DNA of 63,068 nt, the filler included, from Guillardia theta CCMP2712 (taxonomy: Eukaryota; Protista; Cryptophyta), in assembly GCF_000315625.1 (NCBI RefSeq). It is 6 parts of 6 records of this genome, joined end to end, with 100 filler letters (N's around TTAATTAATTAA, not from the genome) between each part and the next. Parts side by side here need not be neighbours in the genome. Positions count along the whole stretch, not along the records: positions 45,542 to 55,193 come from NW_005434587.1; positions 55,294 to 61,064 come from NW_005434204.1; positions 61,165 to 63,068 come from NW_005434590.1; 3 more parts are not named here. One strand, given 5' to 3'. Position numbers and translations under genes: made by a program. Under the pieces are notes generated by a model. It was not told where the DNA came from, made no database searches, and saw only the letters and a program-made list of their open reading frames with translations. The first letter of the stretch is position 1, and each line of letters opens with the position of its first letter. Of this stretch, positions 54,825 to 63,068 are shown one piece after another.

Positions 54825-55053
54825 CAGGAGCAGGAGCAGGAGCAGGAGTAGGATGCGCCTGACAGGAGGAGAAAAAGGTATAGAGGGGCATCTTGATATT
54901 GTTCATGGCTCAGGCAGCATACGTGGCGAATGAGTCAAGGGATGTATGGAGAGGAAGGAAGGGAGCCAGGGAGGTCGAGACGTTGGTCCAGCACTGACTT
55001 ACCTTTTACAGAGAAGAGCCAAAGCAGACGGTGGTGCACAAACTCGCCGTGCA
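54046..55053 (+). CDS. TAF1B: RNA polymerase I initiation factor RRN7/TAF1B (TFIIB-like), 5' part; truncated by contig end
   Basis: N-terminal Zn ribbon CPECGS...DGSITCDDCG followed by LLGCLHVREPIACHDIVRWAQEG..LPY, typical of the Rrn7/TAF1B cyclin fold. Confidence 0.75.
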
Positions 55054-55193
55054 GGTAGAGCCAGAGGGCTGGAGTGGTAGGAAGGAGAAGAGGGAGGGAG
55101 GCAAGGAAGCGGGAAATGATAAAATGACCAAAGGAGAGAGCAGAAGAAAGATGGATGGAGGGAGGGAGGGAGGGAGGGAGGGAGGGAGGGAGT

Positions 55194-55293
55194 NNNNNNN
55201 NNNNNNNNNNNNNNNNNNNNNNNNNNNNNNNNNNNNNTTAATTAATTAANNNNNNNNNNNNNNNNNNNNNNNNNNNNNNNNNNNNNNNNNNNN
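55194..55293. other. Artificial contig linker
   Basis: N44-TTAATTAATTAA-N44. Confidence 0.97.
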
Positions 55294-57580
55294 GATCTCC
55301 TCTCCTCCTCCTCCTCCTCGCCTCCTCTTCGTCCCCGCTCCATCGCTTCACCATCCTCAGCTGCTGACGACAACAAGCGGGCCAACCCCAGTTATTATGT
55401 GAAAAATAACTTTTCAAAATTAATTTAAGATTTGAAATTTCAAAGAGGATTTTCAACAAAAATTGGGTTTAAAACATGTGGATCAACTAGGACTAGTTGA
55501 GTTATTTTGGGGTGCATGGCGAAGGGGGAAGGGAGTAGACGAGGAGGAGAGAGGATAGCGGGGGGAGAGAAAGAGGAACGGAGAGCAGAATGACAGTGAG
55601 GTCATGAGAGAAAGCAGTGGCAGGAGGATGGAGTATGCTCGTACAGGCCTTGTCCAGCAGAGAATGCAGCCTGAGATAATGAAGACCTGTTTTAAGAAAG
55701 CTTTGCTTGGGATAAAGGAACGTTGTAATGAGGTGGGGCGGGGGAGGGGGGCAAGTAGAGCCAGAGAGTAACGCATATAGACACCTGCTTTCATGCGATT
55801 TGTTTGAAGTCTGGAGGAAGAACAAGTGGATTTGACTTGAGGGATGTCTTTGCGATGCAAGTTTGTGTTTTGTGAAAGGGGCGAAACGGTCAAACAGAGA
55901 GGGAAAGGGAAAGAGAAGTTCACAGGCAAGTAGGAACTGGTTGGGAGTCACCGAAGAGCCATTCGGGACGAGCACGCGAGGCTGTTGATAACGTTGCCCT
56001 GCCCTTGCCTTTGAGAGTTGTTCTTCATGATGTTGCTCACATAGTGAACAGGATGGGGAGATGCCACTACCTGGAGGCAGAAGAAGAAGCTGGTCAACAT
56101 TGTCTCTTGGACACTCAAACAGTTTACGTGAGCAGGACCAGACCCAGAAGGTAAGTCACCTTCGGTCCCTCGGTGTCTCAGACTGAGTTTCTGCAGGAAC
56201 GTTGCTCTCTGGCCTGAGAAGCTACGGCGGAATGTTGCTCCTGCAGGTAAGGGTAGAGCGTGCTTGCCGTCAGTAGCTGGTAGATGACGGACTGACCGAT
56301 GTCGCAGTGTTGTTGCTCAGTGTTGTCGTGACTTGTGGCATGCTGGGGACATCGAGAGATCGCAAGGTTTGGGATGACATGCTCTAGATATGAAGAATGG
56401 TCTGTCCGCTGAGACATGTCGGCAGGATTCCCTTGAAAGCGAAGGAGAGATCGAGTATGAGGTAGCCAGGGCTAAAGCCAAGATAGCGTCTGATGAGGTT
56501 GGATGCGTTGCCTGCAGAGGCTAAGAGGTGTACTGATCCGATTCCACAGCTGGAAGTGAAGAACTCGCGAGAGAGATTGAACGCCATCGTCGCGCAGCTG
56601 GTGATCGCCTCGTCGACTCACTGCTGACTCATGCATGTCGTGATGTCCATGTTGTGGTAGGGAGGGGATAAGGGGAAGTCAGGCTCGCAGAGGTCGACGG
56701 GGCTCGCAAGACTCCTCTATGACAAGTGAGTTGATCGGTCATCGCTGCTGCTGGGCTCACGAACTGGACGCAGGGCTGAAGATTATCGGCTGCAAGCTGA
56801 AGTGGAAGCAGCCTCAGTAGAAACAGCGAAGCTTCATGGTAGGGAGGAGAAGCGAAGAGAGGGTTATCGAGGATCAATGACTTGCTATGTCAGGGAAAAC
56901 CATCACAAAGAAGGGGCAACAGCAAGCAGACATTGGTGAGCATGGATCTCATCGCGCTTGTGTGGAGCAGCTGATGTTCTGGAATCAGTCGAGAACGACG
57001 ATCGCTTTTATGCTGATGCGTTGCGAAAAGCAGCGGCGAAGGTTCGTGATCCTGTTGACGAAAATGGGTGATTTCAATGGCAGAGAGCGAAACTGCATCC
57101 TGAACAGAAGCAGATTCGCATGTTTCTTCAGCAATACAGGTGAGGACCCAAGATCTCTCATGTCCATGTGTGACTTGAGGCCCCTAGGGACAAGGATCAG
57201 CTTCTGCTGGGCAAGCTCCATGAGGAGAACAAGCTGAAACAGGTCACCGACTCTCAGCAGACGCAGCCAGTCTGACGCGCCGCTCATGCAGGAAGAAGCT
57301 CTGCTGCGAGCTTCAGAAAAACGCCTCTATGATCTGGAGCAGAGGACGAGGAAGTTGCCGCATGCGAACTCGAAGGTCAGAAGCAGAAGATTGTGTGCTT
57401 GATGGCTGAGGTTACGAGACAGGTTGAGAAAGCAGAAGAAGAAGCCATGGAGATTGAGAAATTGTTGAAGCAGAAAGCAATTCACTAGCTTGACTTCAAT
57501 GCCATCTAGCTTTAATGCGAGTAAACAGTGCACTCGATCTCTTCATCTCTCCACTCTCTCCCGCTGTTTCCTCTTTCATG

Positions 57581-58207
57581 CTACATCCAAGTCTGCATTG
57601 CCTCCTCCCCAGAATCGATCGATTCTCCCTCGACCCTCAAGTACCAGCTCATCCAATCTTCGTCCATGCCTGGTCCTTCCTCCACGTGCTCCGGTTGGAC
57701 AAGCGCCTCGACCACTTCAGCGCCCTCCTCCTCCATGCTCCCGTCGCCTTCCGCCATCATGGTGTCGCTATTGCTGTCGCGATCAGCATTTGCAGACGCT
57801 TCCTCCTCCTCAAGCACTTCAGAATGATCCTCTTCGGGTAATTTGAGAGCTTTGTTTGAGCTGTCCTCGTTGCTCGTCGTCTCCCTCCTGGGCTCGCTGG
57901 CCTCGTCCTGCTGGGGTGATTGTTGTGCTGTCCTTCGCTTGTTGTAGGGCCACCTAGCAATGCCGAGGCGGCGGCAGGCGCTCTTGAAGGAGGTCAAGGA
58001 GATGCCCTGAGAGCAACGTCATCAACAGAAGCATCGCGATCATGTCCAGCCGCTTACCAAGTGCCGAGCGGCATGTTCCTGCTTGAGGTGCGTGAGGGCC
58101 CGGAGGACGGGGAGGTCGATGGTGATCTCGTGGGGGTAGTAGTTGGGAGGAGCGTTTCTGGCTCGGGGAACGATGCTGACGTAAGGGAGCCTGGCGGGGT
58201 CGGTCAT
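57581..58207 (-). CDS. RWP-RK domain transcription factor (2 exons; start could be further upstream, e.g. 58321)
   Basis: ITIDLPVLRALTHLKQEHAARHL, intron, GISLTSFKSACRRLGIARWPY, then an acidic C-terminal tail. Confidence 0.88.
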
Positions 58208-58888
58208 GGGCGAAGCGATGGCGAGGAGAGGAGGCGATGGGGAGCGAGGACCGACCCAAAGCAAAGAGGCGAGGGCGTGGGGTCGGCGTGTGACTGTCCC
58301 CGTGATCGGAGACCCTTCCATATCTATCACAAGTAGTCGGCGGCTCAACAGGTGCTGGTTCACAGACCTGCTGACTTTTTTATGTCAGCACAGCCTTAAC
58401 TACGCCGCCTCCGCAACTCTCTCGTACTAAACTTTACTCATCAAAATCGCTTGAGGTCGCAAGGGACCGTCGGAGGTCTTCTCCGGTTATGAGCCTCTGC
58501 CCGAACTAGCCACAACTTGATACTCTCTCGGGCCGGCCGGGTCCAGAAAGTACCGTAGTACTGTCCGTGTCCTCAGGCTCTTAGCTGGACGGTGTCGCTT
58601 TTGTGCAGCCTCACCCTCTAGTACCTCAAGAGTCAACCAGCTTCCGGCCATCACCTCAGTCAGTACCTTAGCGGCAGCCTCGAGACTCGCCTTCACCCAC
58701 GGCGCCAACTGCGTCACGAGTCAGTGAGACCCGCAGGGCCCGGCCCGACGAGTCACCTCCGTTGCTGCGAGGTCCCTCTCGTTCTTGTCGTAATACTCCC
58801 CCCAGAAGGTGCTAAGTCTGCTCGCCCATCCGGCCCTGCACGAGCTCAGGAGTGGAGGAGGGGAGGAGGGGCGCGGAGGCAAAAGGCT

Positions 58889-59333
58889 CTACCTAGAGTC
58901 AAAGATCAACGCTGGGCCGTTCTCCTTCACGGCCTCGCACGCCCTCGCATCCTTGCCCTTCCTCTGAGCAAGCAAGGAAGTAAGAGAGGCTCCTAGCGTC
59001 ACTCCCAAGTCCCGGCAGGCTTCAGGGATGCACTTCACCTGCATGCCGAGGCTCCACTGAAGGTACCGCACGTGCTCTACGTCGAGGTCGATCGGAATGT
59101 GAGTGTGGCCGAAGACGTGAAGGTCGGACTTGACTTGACGGAGCTGTCGCTCTATCAGATCAGATCCCACGACCTGCGCCTCCTCAGTCGCCTCCACAAC
59201 CTCCACCAGCCATGCCTGACCTTGGGCAGCTCCGAAGTGATCAAGAAGCGCTTCTCGGGGACGAGCTCTTGTCGGGGCACGAAGTGCGACAGGGTGATGA
59301 CCTGCAGTCTCAGTGAGTCTTGGGAGTGGAAGA

Positions 59334-59368
<35 letters not shown>

Positions 59369-59395
59369 GAGAACGAGGAGGACGAGGAGGAGAAA

Positions 59396-59431
<36 letters not shown>

Positions 59432-60238
59432 AAGGACAAGGACGAGCGTTAGCGGCCAGACCTTGATGCTCTCCCTCTTGCTCTTGACAGTAGCAAACAT
59501 CTCAACCCAGGGCTCGTTGAGCTTGGCGAACATGTCGGCAAGCCCCTGGCTCTTGCTGGAGACATTACTCCACTCACCGATTGGAAACTCCGGAACCTCC
59601 GGCCACTTGCAGTAGCGGAAATCAGCCCACCTCTCCTCGAAAGCAGGCAGGCCCTTGATTTTGATCGACTCATACGCGGAGGGCGGGAGCTCAGGCTCCT
59701 TGTCCCAACTCGCGTGATACCATGAGAAGAGGGGGAGGAGGAGGAGGTCGCTCCTCCTCCGGTCGCCCCTGCTGTCTGGGCCCTCGAGCGATACGAGGCA
59801 GGGGTTCGCACGGACGCCTTGCTGACGGCAAACCTCGAGGATCTGCTCCAACTTGTCGAGGGAGTTGACGAGGCTCCTGCTCTCATGCCCCTGGTTGATC
59901 CAGAACTCGTGGTTGCCAGGAATGTAGACTACTTCGTCGAACTTCTCCCTCAGCGTCGTGAAGCAACGCTCTAGCTTCTCAAGGTTGGAAGCGACGTCTC
60001 CGGCCAGGATGAGGATTGAAACACAGCCGTCTTCCTTGTGCGATCGTAATCCTTCCAGCCACTGCATGTTGGGGTTGTAGTCGACATGCACGTCGGAGAG
60101 CACGAAAAGTTTGACTGCAGGGGCTCGGATCTTTGTGAGCTGACTGGAGATGCAATCTTCTGTCCTCCATGGGACCTTGAAGCGCCTGAAGCTCACGGGC
60201 TGCTGCGGGACGCCATCCACAGCGAAAGTCGGCTGCAT
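58889..60238 (-). CDS. Calcineurin-like metallophosphoesterase
   Basis: SDVH, AGD, PGNHE and FGHTH metal-binding motifs in order; short introns in the 3' half. Confidence 0.88.
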
Positions 60239-60804
60239 CGTCGATGCTCAGACTTGGATGGGAGGGGCGGCAGGCGAGACTTGAAGGAGAGGACTGAGAC
60301 GTCTACCAACACGAAGAGAGAGAAAAGCAGACGGACAGTCGCGCCCATCCCCCATAGGTCAGAGCAAGTCGCGACAGGAGGAGAAGGAGAAACGAGGTGG
60401 AGCAGAGGCAGGAGGAGCAGGAGCAGGAGCAGGAGACACGAGGAGGAGCAGGAGGGACGAGGAGGAGCAGGAGCAGACGAGGAGTAGGAGCAGGAGCAGG
60501 AGACACGAGGAGCAGACGAGGAGTAGGAGCAGGAGCAGGAGACACGAGGAGGAGACGAGGAGGAGGAGACGAGGAGGAGACGAGGAGGAGACGAGGAGGA
60601 GACGAGGAGGAGCAGGAGCAGGAGCAGCAGGAGAGACGGGGAGGGGGCGGCGGGGGGTTGGAAGGGATGGGAGGGCTGAAGTAGTTTCTGCCGTGGAGCA
60701 GGACACAGGTGCGTGTGAAGATGTTTTACAGATAAAAAAAAGAATAAAAAGACCATTGAAAGGCCTTTCAACTGCCGTCGCAGGAAGTGACCCGGGAACC
60801 GAGG

Positions 60805-60835
<31 letters not shown>

Positions 60836-61064
60836 GTGTGAGGGCAGCAGTGCAAGCATCACGATCAGTCTGAGGGTCACATAAACGAGAGAAGAAGAGG
60901 GAGGGAGGGAAAGTGAAGGAAGTATGGAGAATGAGGACGAGGACGAGACTGATTCACGAAACCACGATCGACTGCCCGACGAGCTAGTATCAGGTGGGCA
61001 GACATGAGGAGGAGGAAAGGAGGGGGCCGGGGGAGGGGGCGGGGGTGGGGGTGGGGGTGGTGGT

Positions 61065-61164
61065 NNNNNNNNNNNNNNNNNNNNNNNNNNNNNNNNNNNN
61101 NNNNNNNNTTAATTAATTAANNNNNNNNNNNNNNNNNNNNNNNNNNNNNNNNNNNNNNNNNNNN
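61065..61164. other. Artificial contig linker
   Basis: N44-TTAATTAATTAA-N44. Confidence 0.97.
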
Positions 61165-61479
61165 GACAAGACGAGGATACGAAAGGAGCAGCGTCATCAT
61201 GTACATAAAGAGACAAGCACACTCATCATGTGTCTCTTACTCGTCTGAACTCAGCCAAGGCCGGCAGAAGATGCTTGAAGGACAACGTCTAGAACAAAGT
61301 CACCACAATCACAACCATAACCTCCCGTTTCCCGTCCTCCTCCTTCTCTTCATCTCTATCTATCGCCATCATGTCTACCTGAACTCTATCGAACATCTTC
61401 GTGTCCATTCCTCCATCAGTGAAGCGAGACTGACGCGACCGTAAGCACAACAGCAGCAGCAGCAGCAGAGTCAGCGACC

Positions 61480-62157
61480 TGAAACTCCTTCAAGGCGCTG
61501 TCAGGCAGCCCACACCATCTCCTCGCGCCAGGCTTTAGGTACTGCCACGCGAGGCGATGAGCAAACGCAAGAACAGCAGCAAGCTGTAGGAGGAGGAGGA
61601 GGAGGAGGAGGAGGAGGAGGAGGAGGAGGAGAACCTGGGTGAACATCTCGTGCGCGTAGATGTTCATGTCGTCAGGCTCGGTGAGGTAGCGGAAGGCCTT
61701 CAAGGAGGGTCAGGCCTCAGGCTCGAGCAGCCTCGTCACCTCCACGTCGATGCAGAGAAGCAGCAGGTTCTTGAGCGCGTTGTTGGAGCCATGCCCGATG
61801 TGCTTAGAGAACTTGGCCAGCTGATCGCTGCAGGGAGAGCAATCAGAGGAGGGGAGAGGCGTCAAGCAAGGTTGCCTATCCATGAGCATCTCCTTGAGCT
61901 CTCGCGTCAAGTCCGCTTCGTCTCCCTGCCTTGAGTCTCCATCAAGACCTCCTCGTACGGCTGCTCGTCGTACCTCTCGCTCTCCTCCATGTCCCTCCCT
62001 CCTGCTGCTTGACTTCTCTCCCCCCATGCCTCCCCCCTTGCCCTTGCGAATCGCTGACACAACAATTCAATGAACCACGAGCCTCGAACAACTCCACATT
62101 GTTCTATATCATCATCATCTTCTTGTTGTTGTTCTTCTTCAGCATCAGCATCAGCAT

Positions 62158-62247
<90 letters not shown>

Positions 62248-62990
62248 CTACCTCCTCATCAAGGTTCGCGAGCTCTCCAGCATTACGAGATCTCCCTGCA
62301 GTACTGGTGTGGTTGAGGTGGAGCAGCTGCTGGGCGAGCTTTCGCTCCTTCAGCTCCAGCTGACGCGCCTTCTCTTCCAGCGCCTTCTCCCACTGCCTCA
62401 GCTCCCCCGACTTGTCCCCCGAGCTTCCTGTCCAGCTCTGTCCCAGCAGTCAACCACGTCCTCCCGTCCCCATTCCTCTCACCTCGCCAATCACGCCATC
62501 GTCCGAGTAGCCTGACGACGGGCCAACCCTCCGCTGCCTAGACGCTCGTCAGCCCCGAGCACAAGCAGGCAGCTTGTACCCGTCGAAGCGATCGGAGAAG
62601 GTAACCCTCCTCGAGGACGTGAGGCTGCTGCTGCTGCCGTCACTCCCACCTCCCTCCTCCCTCCTCCCCTCCCCCCAGGCACTCACGCGCTGCTTGCCGC
62701 TTTCTGACTCGGATACCAACGGCTCATGCCGGGTGCCTTAGCGTCTTGCCCGAGCTGGAGGGTCTTGGAAGCGGCTGCTTCACTCGAGCGCTTGCAACGG
62801 CGTCAGCTCGGCTGCTCCCCGCACTCTCAACGTCACCATGGCATACTCGTGACAGGACCTCGAGCTCTTGTCACGGCTCTGTAACGGCTTGTGCGGCTGA
62901 TGCTGGAGGCTCGAGCTGATCGAGAGGTCATGGAGGGCACGAGGACCAAGCCTCACCTTCGCGACTTCTCCTCCCTGTCGGTCCTGTTGC
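61480..62990 (-). CDS. Hypothetical coiled-coil-containing protein (internal exons)
   Basis: Exon-like open stretches (DLTRELKEMLMDRQPC, KAFRYLTEPDDMNIYAHEMFTQ) separated by SSR-filled introns; no family recognised. Confidence 0.4.
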
Positions 62991-63068
62991 AGCTGTAAGG
63001 TCCAAGGAGGAAGCGAGGAAGCGAGGAAGCGAAGGGGGGAGATGGGAAAGGATGGGGAGGAGCGAGCG

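Noticed and set aside
55900-57500. Possible multi-exon gene upstream of the RWP-RK 3' end
   Set aside because: Short plus-strand coiled-coil-like fragments exist, but strand, exon borders and product could not be supported.

Overview
Eukaryotic algal nuclear DNA, most likely a cryptophyte (Hanusia/Guillardia-like). This is a tentative call from the 18S rRNA, the short GT-AG introns with CTGAC branch points and the gene content. The window is not one locus: six contigs are joined by artificial 100-bp N44-TTAATTAATTAA-N44 linkers (27089, 37131, 45442, 55194, 61065), and there is one internal gap (29210-29443). Recognisable content: two tandem PB1-domain paralogs, a kinase 3' exon, a CDP-alcohol phosphotransferase/cytidylyltransferase fusion, a voltage-sensor-like membrane adenylyl cyclase, a retropepsin fragment abutting a truncated 28S, an rDNA unit (28S 3' end, 5S, IGS, 18S, 5.8S, 28S 5' end), a PDZ/coiled-coil gene, homocysteine S-methyltransferase, a membrane ACBP, a STE-type kinase, an ankyrin protein, RRN7/TAF1B, an RWP-RK factor and a metallophosphoesterase. 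The strongest candidate for an undescribed system is a compact tRNA-like element (31283-31346) between the 28S 3' end and a same-strand 5S gene that has no Pol III terminator. This suggests 5S could be cut out of the Pol I transcript by tRNA-processing nucleases. Also notable is a recurring intergenic architecture: GC-rich islands, several carrying a conserved TTTACTCAAAG motif, flanked by GGGTA/TACCC-rich zones upstream of genes.
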